Shown here in pieces: positions 1 to 12,093 of a stretch of 57,715 bases of DNA (positions within the stretch are counted from its first letter, which is position 1; each line of letters starts with the position of its first letter). This DNA comes from Chromera velia (Eukaryota), in the NCBI GenBank assembly GCA_018398765.1, contig JAHBMJ010000074.1, positions 1-57,715 on the forward strand. Direction: 5' to 3'. Made by a program: the position numbers and the translations under genes. Under the pieces are notes generated by a model. The model saw only the letters and a program-made list of their open reading frames with translations, did not search any database and was not told where the DNA came from.

Positions 1-970
1 TAAGCCCTCCCCAGTCTGGAGCGCCGTGGATGGTTTTTGGTTGTATGTTTCTTTCGATCTGTAAGTCCCCCCAGTCTGGAGCGCTGTGGATGGTTTTTGG
101 TTGTATGTTTCTCTCGATCTGTAAGTCCCCTTAGTCTGGAGCGCTGTGGATGGTTTTTGGTTGTATGTTTCTCTCGTGTATGTTTCCTCTCGATCTGTAA
201 GTCCCCCCAGTCTGGAGGGCTGTGGATGGTTTTTGGTTGTATGTTTCTCTCGATCTGTAAGTCTCCCCAGTCTGGAGTGCTGTGGATGGTTTTTGGTTGT
301 ATGTTTCTCTCGATCTGTAAGTCCCCCCAGTCTGGAGCGCTGTGGATGGTTTTTGTTGTATGTTTCTCTCGATCTGTAAGTCCCCCCAGTCTGGAGCGCT
401 GTGGATGGCTTTTGGTTGGTATGTTTCTCTCGATCTGTAAGTCCCCCCGGTCTGGAGCGCTGTGGATGGCTTTTGGTTGTATGTTTCTCTCGATCTGTAA
501 GTCCCCCCGGTCTGGAGCGCTGTGGATGGTTTTTGGTTGTATGTTTCTCTCGATCTGTAAGTCCCCCCAGTCTGGAGCGCTGTGGATCGTTTTTGGTTGT
601 ATGTTTCTCTCAATCTGTAAGTCCCCCCAGTCTGGAGCGCTGTGGATGGTTTTTGGTTGTATGTTTCTCTCGATCTGTAAGTCCCCCCAGTCTGGAGCGC
701 TGTGGATGGTTTGTGGTTGTATGTTTCTCTCGATCTGTAAGCCCCCCCAGTCTGGAGCGCTGTGGATGGTTTTTGGTTGTATGTTTCTCTCGATCTGTAA
801 GTCCCCCCGGTGTGGAGCGCTGTGGATGGTTTTTGGTTGTATGTTTCTCTCGATCTGTAAGTCCCCCCAGTCTGGAGCGCTGTGGACGGTTTTTGGTTGC
901 ATGTTTCTCTCGATCTGTACGTCCCCCCAGTCTGGAGCGCTGTGGATGGTTTTTAGTTGTATGGTTCTCT
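1..970. repeat. 60-bp tandem minisatellite, about 16 copies, intronic, truncated by the window edge
   Basis: The unit ATGTTTCTCTCGATCTGTAAGTCCCCCCAGTCTGGAGCGCTGTGGATGGTTTTTGGTTGT repeats in register with the 60-nt lines from 241 to 960. A unique intron tail and a TGCAG acceptor at 1064 follow it. Confidence 0.97.
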
Positions 971-1064
971 TCGTTTGAGTGTGTGCATGAATGTGTGATA
1001 GAATGAATGGAGGTGCATGCATATGAATACATACATAAAAAGAGTTCTGTGTGAATCCATGCAG

Positions 1065-2746
1065 GCGACCTTGAAGGTCTCGTCGTTCACTCCCGTACGA
1101 TGGGGGGGGTGATGAAGATCGTCTGCAAGCACGGCATGGAGGCCTGTGACTTTCCTCTCTGGCAATGGGAGAACGCGGTGGTGTCCAAGATTTCCGTGCA
1201 GGCGGACGGAGACTACGGACCGTATCAGCAATTCACAAACTGCCAGGAGGCGGCGAAAGTGGACAACCAGGGGGGGAAGAGTCGGCAGACGGAAAAGAGC
1301 CAGTCCCAACGACTCCGTGCGAGAAGCCCCGCCACCCCCGCTATTTGGGAGTTGAGAAGAAGTCTCCTTGGAGAAGCAAACGGACTCCTTCTGTCCCCCC
1401 AGACTGAGGAGAACGCGTCCGTCATGCGGTCTCCCTCTTCTTCTTTTCCGGAGGCAGCGGACAACCTGAACAAGACCAACTCTCGGATTCCTTCCTCTTC
1501 GGCTAATTCTGTCACCCAGGTTGCAGGTGAAATCTGGAGGGGGGAAGAGAAAGAGGAGGAAGATCCTTTCCGTGTGGGACTCCAGAATCACAGCATCTGT
1601 GCGGGAACAGAGGGGAAGATGTCTGGCGAATGGCTCTCCTTCCCAAAGGAGTCTGAGTGCGTTGATGGGCAGGCAGAGGACCATCCTCATCTCCATCTCC
1701 CACAGGTGCGTTCGTTTGTTGGTTGGGTTAGTGCATGGGCGCATGCATGGCCTTAGGGGGGGCAGCTGGGGCATGCATTCGTTCCTCCCTCTCTTCTGGT
1801 CCAATCAAAAGAAGGTGGGTGGGGGAGATCCACGGAAGGAAAACTGATGGATCGATCGATCGATAATGAAGGGACTGACTGACTGATCCAGGCACATGCA
1901 ACCAACCACATGCACTGGTTCCTCCCTCGATCCTTCCTTCCTTCCTTCCTAGGCAGCAGTCACATGAAAAGAAAGAAAGAAAAGAGGAAGAATGAGAGAA
2001 AAACAGACAGAAAGATGGAAAGAAAGAAAGAAAGAAAGAAAGGGAGAAAGGCAGCGAAAAAGAAAGAAAAAAAAGTTGCTCCCTCCATCCGCCAGATCAT
2101 GTACTTAGATCCCTTCATCCATCCCTTCATCCATCCATCCGTCCAAATCGTGGATGGATGCTGCCTCTCTATCTTCCTCCAAACGTTCCTCTGTATTCAA
2201 GCTGAGTGATGGTGTTGTCCATTTTTTTGCATTTGTGTGTACCTGTTTGTGCTTGCTTCGATCATGCTTCCTGTTTGGTATTGTAACTTCGAGACGGACA
2301 TTGAAGCAATCTGTGAACGAGTGCGGGAGGGTGGGCGGGCGAGGAGATGGAAGGAGAGTGAGTGTAAGTACATAAACACACGGCCGGCTCTCGATCAATT
2401 GGAGGGAAGGGCGTTAGAATTCCAAAATGGGCACACATTCCTTCCTTCCTCTTCTCGATCTCTGTGCCTGCCTGCCTGTCCTTCCTTGTGTCTCCTGAGC
2501 GGGGTGCGTGCGTGCGTGCAGGAGTCTACGACGATGCCCTGCCACTGGCGAGACGCCATTGTCGAGAAGACCATCGACCGTCTCTGCCTGCGTTCGATTT
2601 TCTTCGACTACTTCGGAGCGGACCCCGAGACCCTCACCCCGGACCTCGGGTGTGTGTCTGACTGCACACAGTTGAGGGGGGAGAAGGAGGTCGAGGAGAT
2701 CTGGGAGAGGGCGTTCAGAGAGTGTGAGGACATCAGGGGTGCATGA
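1065..2746 (+). CDS. 3' part of a multi-exon hypothetical protein (exons 1065-1705 and 2522-2746; 5' end outside the window)
   Basis: Acceptor CAG|GC at 1064, donor CAG|GTGCG at 1705, acceptor CAG|GAG at 2521. The join is in frame: ...DLEGLVVHSRTMGGVMKIVCKHGMEACDFPLWQWENAVV...HLPQ|ESTTMPCHWRDAIVEKTIDRLCLRSIFFDYFG...DIRGA*. No family recognised. Confidence 0.7.
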
Positions 2747-3886
2747 TGAAAAGAGAGTGTGAGGACATCAGGGGTGCATGATAAAAAAAAAATTTAGCTG
2801 TGAAGACATCATCAGGGGTGTCGCACCGAACCAGCAGGCATTCCAAATGCATGCATGGAGGACTGGCATGCACACATGCAGGTGTTGCCTCTGACCTGGT
2901 TCGCTCTGTCTCCGTCGTTCCGATGGGGGGCTGAAGGAATTCATCCATGGCATGCAGTCCTTTGAATTAAGGAACTGATTCTGCATCGTGCATCGTCAGA
3001 CGAAATGATCAGATTATTCGAGCATCTCGTTGACGGAGATCGAAGAAAAGCAAGGCAGCCTGGGGGAGTGGGTGTTGTATATGTGCGACAAATGCCTCCA
3101 TCGGCAATTTCATGTACTTTCCTCCCTCTCTTTTTTTTATTTTGCGTTCCGTTACTCTTTTCCCTGTCTCGCTGAGTCTCTGTGAGCAAGCGCACACACT
3201 ATTTTCAGCCTGACACGCTTTGCATGTCTGCATTCAACCAGCTGCAGTTTCAACGCCCCTTTGGAATCGAAAGTTTGGATCTGAAAATGACTTCATTAAT
3301 TGATTCTTTTCAGAGTGTTCTGCACATGACACCTGTGTTGATGTTTCAACTTACTCATTAAAGGGTATAAAAATACGTTCTGATTATGAATAGACTTAAC
3401 TCCATATACTATCTACTACCATCTATATATAGGTATATATAGGTTAAAAATCTTAAGATATCTTTAGGTTTTTCGAATATTTTTGAATTCACGTTTCTTG
3501 CAATAATATGCAAATAATTTCATTTTTTTTTTATGTAATATGATTTAAAGGTCGGGTTCGCGCGTCTGGCCATAAGTTTGGATGTGCTCAGGCGGAGCCG
3601 TTGATCGATCGGTTGATTTTAATTTCCAACATGTTGCACTACACCGTTAGTCGTGGTCTTTGGACTGCTAGTTGGACTGCCAGGGAGTAGATAGTGGATA
3701 CACCATAGCCTTGACCGGAGGGGGTATTAGTTTTTTTAATTTTCAGTGTTAAAAAATTGATTATGCATTGCTATACGCTACTTAAGCATAGCTCGGCATA
3801 GCTAGAAAGAAGATAGAAATTCAAGTTAAATGAATTAGTTTTAGTTTAAAGTAGCACTAAGCAAAAGAAGATCGTGTACGCCGCTT

Positions 3887-3958
3887 GCTTTCATGACTTA
3901 GTGGTTAGCATACAGCACTAAAAAGCAGAAGGTCGTGGGTTCAATCCTCGCTATATCC
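3887..3958 (+). pseudogene. Degenerate tRNA-like sequence (pseudo-tRNA or tRNA-derived SINE head)
   Basis: A-box-like TGACTTAGTGG (3894-3904) and B-box GGTTCAATCC (3938-3947) lie at tRNA spacing, and the T-stem GTGGG/CTCGC can pair. The acceptor stem does not pair. Confidence 0.5.
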
Positions 3959-4335
3959 CTTTTTTGCTTCCATCTACAATCAATCGTCGATCAGTACCTG
4001 AACACATGGGTGGACGCACCAGAAAGAGTTCCTTGCACCAGACACGTCATGTAAAGAATTAAGGATTTGGATCGGTCTGATTCGATCAAAGATGCACGTG
4101 AAACGGCCAATAGAAAAACTGTTGCACCGAGATCGCGCTTATTCGCATTCTTATTGTGGACAAATGGGTGGCGGGCGGTGTCCCAGAGTCCATCCCAGAG
4201 CAATCGTAATGCATTAATGTTCAGACCTCATGAGTTAATGCAGTCAATCATTGGCATGCAGAGATGATTGATGAGAACGTTTGCAAGGTGGGTGCACGGG
4301 AGGGAGGGAGGGAGGCTCGATCATCAACTCTGTCT

Positions 4336-5718
4336 TCATACTCTGAGACGCCTGTTGAGGGAGAGAGAGAAAAACCAAGAATAAGACAGAAAGAAAGAGC
4401 CATGCACGCACTCAGGCTGTGCGTGTATACATGGAGCAGCCCGCACAGAGATTTCATTCATGATTCATCTCGATCCACCATGCAACATCAACAGATGAAA
4501 GGAAACAAAAGCACGGTTGCAGCTGCGTGCAAACACAGAGGGTCAACAAAAGATGGATGGATGCACAAAACCGCATACGCACACAAACAGGGGGGCAGAA
4601 AACGAACAGGAGATGCCTTCCCCTCAGAGGCACGGAGGGACACACACACACACACACACACAAAACAGAGGGGGGGGGGAAGTGGGAGGGGAAAGGGGAG
4701 ATGTTGATGTTCTTTTTTTTTTCCTCATCTTTTTCTCTCTCAACTGTTGTTTGGGCGTTGCACTAAGTTTCCCAGAAGTTGCGCAACTGTTGTTTTCAAA
4801 ATAATAATAGGAATAACTGTCAAGAAGCCTTTTCTCTTTTTTGCATGAAAAACAAATACCCCTGGAAAACCCTCAGCCTGCCCGCCTGACTGCATGTCTG
4901 ACGTACTGACCCAAGGGTCTGCAGCCATTGCTTCACCTTCTTCACGTGGAGGCCCTCCACCTCCACGCCGTTCGCTTTCGACCTGACGGGGGCCTCGCAG
5001 ACGTTCATCAGCTCTTTCTTGAAGTTCTGCAGCGACATATGAAAGCATGTATGTGTATGTATATGTGTATGTGTGTATGTGTATGTGTGTATGTGTATGC
5101 GACCTGACGGGGGCCTCGCAGACGTTCATCAGCTCTTTCTTCAAGTTCTTCAGCGAGATATGAAAGCAGAGAAAGAGAGGCAGAGCGCGCACAAATGCAC
5201 GACACCGACAGTCAGTTGGATTGCCTGGTAGAGTTGTCTGTTTGGACACAGACGTCGTTCTGTCTGGTCTAAAAAGAGCGGGCACTCAAAAGAAAGCAAA
5301 ATATCTCTCTCTGTTGGAAGTTTTGCAACATGTACATGCATAACATAAAGCAACCAGAAAGAAGGACGGAGAGAGAAGCGTGCCAGGAAGATATGGACCC
5401 CCAAACTACCGCTCTCTCTCTCTCTCACACACACACACATACACACACACAAATAGACGAAGCGAGAGACACGCAGGAACAAGTACACAAAAGCACGCTC
5501 GCGAATTTTCCACGTCATCCACGCGGTAATCCGCGACCGACCGACCGACCGACCGACACAGACACTGTATGGTTTCTTTCCCTCCTTTTCTTCATGAACA
5601 CAACAGACAAAGAGAAAGAAAGCAACAAAGACAAAAGAGCATCACGACCAGTCAGACAAAGTGGGCAGGGGACAGACAGACAGGCACGGACATACATACA
5701 CACACACACGCACGCACG

Positions 5719-5757
<39 letters not shown>

Positions 5758-6017
5758 CACACACACTCGCACGGAGAGAGAACGAGAGAGAGAGAGCGAG
5801 CGAGAGAGAGACTACACACACGCGTACGCACACACGTCTTCACATGCAGACATGTCAAGGAGGGAAGGAAGTAGAAAAGTGCGGAGGCAGACAGGCAGGT
5901 AGGCAGACTGAATGAAGTGCGAGACAGAGGAACTCAGAATCTGGGCACAGGTGCAGAACGATAAAGAGACACACAGAGCCCGAGGAGCGAGGAAAAGATG
6001 GAAGAAAGAAGCGACAT

Positions 6018-6063
<46 letters not shown>

Positions 6064-7104
6064 TGATACCGAGGGACCGACCAACCGAGACGTCCCCGAA
6101 GATTCCCCTCACGACGGTGTTCACCTTCGTCCCATTGGACATGATTCGGGAGTACACGGGGAGGTTGCCTGACTGGGACCGCACGACCTGGTAGGTAGGG
6201 GGCAGCACATCGACAGACAGTGAGCGAGTGAGTGAATGAATGAATGGATAAATGAATGAGAAAATGCACGCGGGAGTACGGCCATAACATTGCACTCTCG
6301 ACGCATGATCGCTGGAGAGGAGACAGGAGATCATGGCTTTCTAGTCTTCTCCCTCAGAGGAGAGAACAAGGGGAACAAGAAGGAACACGCAGATATATCG
6401 GGAGGTACGCGAGAGCGCAAGACGACAAACAAGTTCACATTCAGAAAACCCAGTCAAGTCAAAGAAGTTCGTTCCTGCAGGTGAATTAAGAGAAACATCA
6501 ATCCAATCGATTTCGATTTCGAAAAACCTCTGCATCAGTCAAAGAGGGAGAAAAAACACAGATCTTCTGAGGCAGAGTGGGACAGAATCAGTTCACTTAA
6601 ACAAACCTTCCATGGGGACTGTGAAGTGTCCGGTCTCTGAGAGGCGGGTTTCATTGCAAACTTCCTTTGAAGGATTGTCCGCACTCTCCCGCCAGAGAGG
6701 CAACACAGAGAGGACACGACTGGCGGAGAGGAAAGGGAAACTGAAGGGAAACCTTCGAGTAGCGCGAGACGGGGGGCGCCTCTCTGACGAGCAGGTGGAG
6801 GAGGAGACGCCGTTCGGAGACGGTGAGATAAACCTAAAAATTCTGCTGCCCGCGGTTTTTCTTCGTTCAGCTGAGGGTAAAGACCGGGCATTCCTCTCGC
6901 ATCACTTCTCTCTCTGCCTTCGCCCCTCTTGATGGGCGCATCTTTTGCATCCCCAAAACACGAGGAAGAGGAAGAGGTGGAGGATACAACTGCAACCGCC
7001 CTCCTATGCACCAGTCTCTGCGGCCTCTCTGCGTCTCGAAATGTTTCCCCCACCCTTCTGAAGGCCATCAGCTTGCCTGCTTGGAGGGAGACGGCCGGTC
7101 TCAT
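4336..7104 (-). CDS. MRPL49: Mitochondrial ribosomal protein L49/Img2 family (exons 7104-6607, 6187-6086, 5026-4911, probable last exon 4351-4336)
   Basis: The spliced peptide PWK|VVRSQSGNLPVYSRIMSNGTKVNTVVRGIFGDVS|NFKKELMNVCEAPVRSKANGVEVEGLHVKKVKQWLQTLG matches the Img2/mL49 signature (V.RS...NLPVY...T.IR.I.GD...L...V..WL..LG). All joins are GT-AG and in frame. The start codon and last exon are less certain. Confidence 0.88.
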
Positions 7105-7189
7105 CCTAGCGTGGACAAATGAGCGGGTTGAGAGACTTCCTCTTTCCACTTGACTGAGGAGACGGAGCGCCTAGCTCTGTGAGTCACCT

Positions 7190-7500
7190 AGCTGCAAAGT
7201 TTTGGCTATTTGGGTGCATCCCCGCGGCTCCGCGCGGCACGCGCGGAACTCTGGCGCGATCGAATTAACTCTGCATGCATGATCCGCGCGCGCTAGCTGC
7301 CAAACTCATGCATGCACCTCGGCGCGCGCCGCGCCCGCAAAGCGCGCGCACCTACTTGCATGCATGCAAAAAGCGTGCACCAATTAAATCGATCATCATG
7401 AATCCCCACACAAAAAAGTATGGTAGAAGCTAGAGCATGAACTTACCTCCATGATCGAAACTGACTCTCATGCATGTACTGCTGCGTGCCTGGGTGAATC
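7190..7500. promoter_or_regulatory. Probable bidirectional promoter region with clustered TGCATGCA and CGCGCG motifs
   Basis: It lies between the divergent ATGs at 7104 (-) and 7729 (+). TGCATGCA occurs at about 7273, 7309 and 7357, amid dense GCGCGC runs. TGCATGCA is a known ApiAP2-bound motif in apicomplexans, but it is also common elsewhere in this window. Confidence 0.35.
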
Positions 7501-7728
7501 TTCCCGCGAAGCCACTGGGTGTCTCAAGTCCAGATCACGCTGCTGTGTCATGCATGTAAGGTGGAGAGACGGGGAGACGACAACACCGGCCGAACAAGAA
7601 AGAAACGAAAACGACGCTTGACGGTGGGGTCACATTGATTGGCCGGGAAGGAGCGCACAAAGAAGCCAACCTGGAAGATCTGACGAAGCCATAAAGAAAG
7701 CAAACAAACCAACAACACAATTAACACG

Positions 7729-8610
7729 ATGGGAAAGATCGAAGGCAGCCGGAGGGTCCTCAGTGCACTGACGCTCCTTCACGTCCTCCTGCTGCTTTCG
7801 GCCCCACAAGAAGCATGTGCAATGAAAAAGATGAAATTGTTCATGCAGAGAGCAGGTCAGATGGTGTTCTTGCGGGAAACTTTGTCACTATGTGTGCATG
7901 TGAGAGAGGGGGGAAACTATATCAGTGCCGCGTATCTACATATCTATCTGGCTCCTCATGGGCTCTGCGAAAAGGAGAAAGAGAAAAAAGAGGAGCCGGT
8001 CTGCCTTGCTGGCCGTCTACCTAGAGTGTATTGGATCTACTGACAGTCACCGTTCAGCACAGTGTCAGACAGGGTATTCTGGTGTACAGAGTGACACAGA
8101 GGTGCGTTGGCATGTGCGAAAAACAGAAGACAGGAGCAAAAACGAGCTTTTTGCATGACGGACTTGCAAACAACCTGTGTCTGTCTCTGTGCGGAGAGGG
8201 CGCTAGAAGAATTCGATCCAGTCCCAGTCGGTGAGCCAGATGAAATCCATCCATTGATGAATCCGCAGACGCGAAACGGGTCAACTTGATTTTCTTGTCC
8301 GATCTGTGACTGTCGGAATAGTGAACGGACGCACGAAGGAACAAATGAATGAATGAATGAATGAATGAATGAATGGATGGATGGATGGATGGATGGATGG
8401 ATGGATGGATGGATGGATGCAGAAGATTCCGGAACCGCGAGGGCATTCACCAAGCTGACCGAGGGAATCTTAAACAAGGCCCTGGCAACAGTCAAGAAGC
8501 CTTCTTACAAGGCAGACTCCGTCAGTGTGGACGAGGTAAGGAGTGACACCCCTGCGCCCACCCTCGCCTCGATCCAATCAGTCCTTCTCTCTGGCTCCCT
8601 CCCCCGCCCC

Positions 8611-8657
<47 letters not shown>

Positions 8658-8741
8658 GGAGAGAGAGAGAGCGAGAGAGGGAGAGAGAGAGAGGGCGGGC
8701 GAGAGAGAGAGAGAGGGCGAGCGAAAGAGAGAGAGAGGGCG

Positions 8742-8784
<43 letters not shown>

Positions 8785-8958
8785 AGAGAGAGGGAGAGAG
8801 AGAGAGAGAGAAGAGAGAGAGAGGGAGAGAGAGAGAGAGAGAGAGAGATGCGCACAACAATCTCGACACTCCCTTTTCACGATGCCTCCCCCTTGTCACC
8901 CTCTAGCTCCCGCTTGGGTCCCTCCAGCTGGATTCATTCCGGAGGGGTGCATGCATGC

Positions 8959-8998
<40 letters not shown>

Positions 8999-10300
8999 GC
9001 CTGCCTGCCTGGGTGTTTGTGCGAACGAACAACCCGGGGCTGCATGGGACTAATTGCATGGGACTGCTGTATGGTACTGCTTGCCTGCAGGTGTACACTT
9101 CCAAGAGGAGAGATTTGGAGCTTTTGGGCTTCTCGGGGTAATTAAGTTTGATCTCTCCCTGGCGGGGCTACAGGGGGGGCTGTAGTGGGGCGGGCTCTTT
9201 GTTTGTATGAATATCTATGTGTCTGTCTTTGAGTGAGTGGAGGTATGGGTAGCTGTCTATCTACCTCCTCTTCCAGAAAGACAAGGAGGGAGAAGAAGAA
9301 ACATACAGTCTGTCGCTCTCTTCCTCTTTCTCTTTTTTTTCTGTCTGTTATCTGCCGGATTTCGTGTACAAGCATGCAATGAAAACAGAAAGAGCCGCGA
9401 GACTGAGAAAGAAAAGAAAAGGAAAGGGAGAAAAAGAAAAGAACGAAACGGTGGACTCTCTCTCGATCGGTCACGCTGTGCGCCCTTCTCTCTCTCTCTC
9501 CCTCTCTCTCTCTCTCTCATTTCGTTTCGAAGAGCCAAACTCCGACGTCATCCAGATCTCTAGGCAGGACCCCTCAGGAACCTTTGACCGCTCTGCCCTT
9601 CTTTTCTTTTCTTTCCTTTCTTTTTGTGCACACAGCTTGCTCGAATGCCTTAATTCTTTGTCTCCGCTTGTGAAATCAATCACAGTCATGTCCTCTCCAG
9701 ATTCGGATGTGTCGCTTTGGTGCATGGGCTCTGCTGGGATCTGGGATGGCCTGCATGCCGCTTGTGACATCAAATAAATATTTGCATGCCATGCATCCCT
9801 CATGCTGTCTGTGTGAGAGCAGGTGGGCGCCCCCTCCGGAGGACCCAAAGCTGGATGAGAATCTTTTGGTGGGCCGGTGTGCGTGGGTGGGTAGGTGGGG
9901 TGGGGGGTGAGTGACTCAAGTAGGGTGGGTGAGGGAGCTGGTGAATGTGTGTGGGTGTTTTATTCTTTATTCCTTCCGACCTCCCTTTTGGTCTGGCTTC
10001 TTCTTGTGTTTCTTTCTGTTGTTCTTCTTCCTCCTCTTCTGCTTTTCTTTTCCCTTTGCTTTTGCTTCCGTGCTCTTGGTGCCGCGCTCTCTCTCTCTCT
10101 CCCTCTCTCTTTCTTTCTCTCTGTCTGCCAGCGTGCGTGCCAGCACACTCTGTGTGTGTGTGTGTGTACAGCCCTCACAGGTTGAGTTTTTGGGTAGATT
10201 GACATGGGAAAACAAAAATCCTGGAGACACAGGCTCAGGTGAGTGCGAAATGATCGATAAATGAGTGAGTGAGTGAGTGACTGAGTGATTGAGAGAGACA

Positions 10301-10382
<82 letters not shown>

Positions 10383-10938
10383 GTGACTGGGTGAGTGAGA
10401 GACAGAGTGAGAGAGAGAGAGAAAGAGTGAGTGAGTGAGTGAGTGAGTGAGTGAGTGATCAAGAACGTGAGTAAGAAAGTGGGTGAATGAGTCAGTGAGT
10501 GAGTGAAGGTTCAGGAGAGGCTGATCTGGGCGGAAAGGTGGAAGAGTGAAGATCGACAGATCAGCCCACCCATTTGCGTGTTTATTTATTCGTCCCAAGA
10601 ACTGACCATCTTCAGTGTGTGTCCAATTCCTTTCTGCTTGTCCATCCCTCCCTGCTTCTCTTCACGAAGCGTCTTCTCTTCTCCTTTCTTTTCTTCTCTT
10701 ATTACATCTTGCCAGAGTCCAATCATGCGTGCATGCGTGAGAATTGAATTTGGTGATCCCCTTCTGGTTGCATGATCATCGGCCTGCCTGCCTGCCTGCC
10801 TGCCTGCGTACAGGGGCGGCGTTTTTCATGGACAGGGAGGGGGGGGACTGGATGGTGAAAATTTACTTTAAAAACCAAAAGGAACTGAACCCGATTTTTT
10901 CATTCGTCAGTCAGTCAGTCAGTCAGTCAGTCAGTCAC

Positions 10939-10972
<34 letters not shown>

Positions 10973-12059
10973 AGTCAGTTCTAAACACTTTCCGAAAGTG
11001 CAAGTAAGAAAGAGGGGATGTGGGAGCTCGGAAGAAGTCACTCTATCTATCCTATGTTCTGTTCTATTCTCCCTCCCTTCCTTCCTAGCTACTTCGTGCG
11101 AGTGTCGGGAAAGAAACGAACGAAGGCCGCTTTCTGCACGGCATATATGCGGGTGTGCACAGGACAAACACACACACATGTGCATGTATATGTCAAATTC
11201 ACTGTTTGTTTGCTCCTGACGTGCGTTTTGGAATTCCTTGTGCAGAGAAGGGGTTTCTCGGACATGCGTTTACTTTCATACAGAATTTCCTGAATGAAAG
11301 TATTCTGTATGCAAGTAAACGCATAGAATTCCTTGTGCAGAGAAGGGGTTTCTCGGACAAGAAGAAGATTCTGGACAAGTACGAACTCCACGGGATTCCG
11401 AAGGAAGACAAGGAGAAGCTGAAAAAGGCAGTCGCAGCTTATAACGTGAGTGAGTGAGTGAGTGAGGAGTACAGGGAGGGACCGCATGCACCTTCATTCA
11501 TTCATTCATTCGATCATCTATCGACGGACGGATAATTGATGGTGGAACTAACTAGCTGTCTCCATCTATCTCTCATGTGTGCATGCTTGCGCACATGTGC
11601 AAAGCTGCCCTAGCTTCATTTGCTTCCTCCTGATTTATTCAACGTATGAGTGAGCGACTAGATTGATGGATGGATCGAGGGGTGGCCCGATGGTTTATTG
11701 AATCATGCATGCAGTCATTTCACCCGTTTGCCCTCTCAAAGCCTCTCCTGTGGGCTTCTGGGACGTTCAAATCTCCGGGGCTCTGGGAGTCGACTGAGAC
11801 TTTTGTCGTGGTCATCTTTCCAAATCTGGTACGTGCATTGGCCTCCTTCCTCAACTTTTCCTTTTTTCTTCCTTCCTTCCTTCCTTCCTTCCTTCGTTCG
11901 TTCGTTCCTTCCTTCCTTTCCCGTTCCGCCTGCATGCAGTCAAGCAACATTATGTGGTAATTTGTGTGTGGCTGGATTGCCCTCGATCGTGCGCTGATGG
12001 GCGGAAGGAAGGAACTGTTCAGGCAATTCTTCGACGGTGTCCCTTCCACACACACTCGA

Positions 12060-12093
<34 letters not shown>

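Noticed and set aside
37..1032. Long repetitive ORFs over the 60-bp array
   Set aside because: The unit length is a multiple of 3, so several frames on both strands stay open. The array is intronic and shows no coding signature.
3887..3958. Functional tRNA gene
   Set aside because: The acceptor stem cannot form and the anticodon arm pairs poorly.
8365..9141. ORFs rich in RERE, SLSL, CVCV, THTH, CLSV or WMDG throughout the window
   Set aside because: These are translations of intronic microsatellites.
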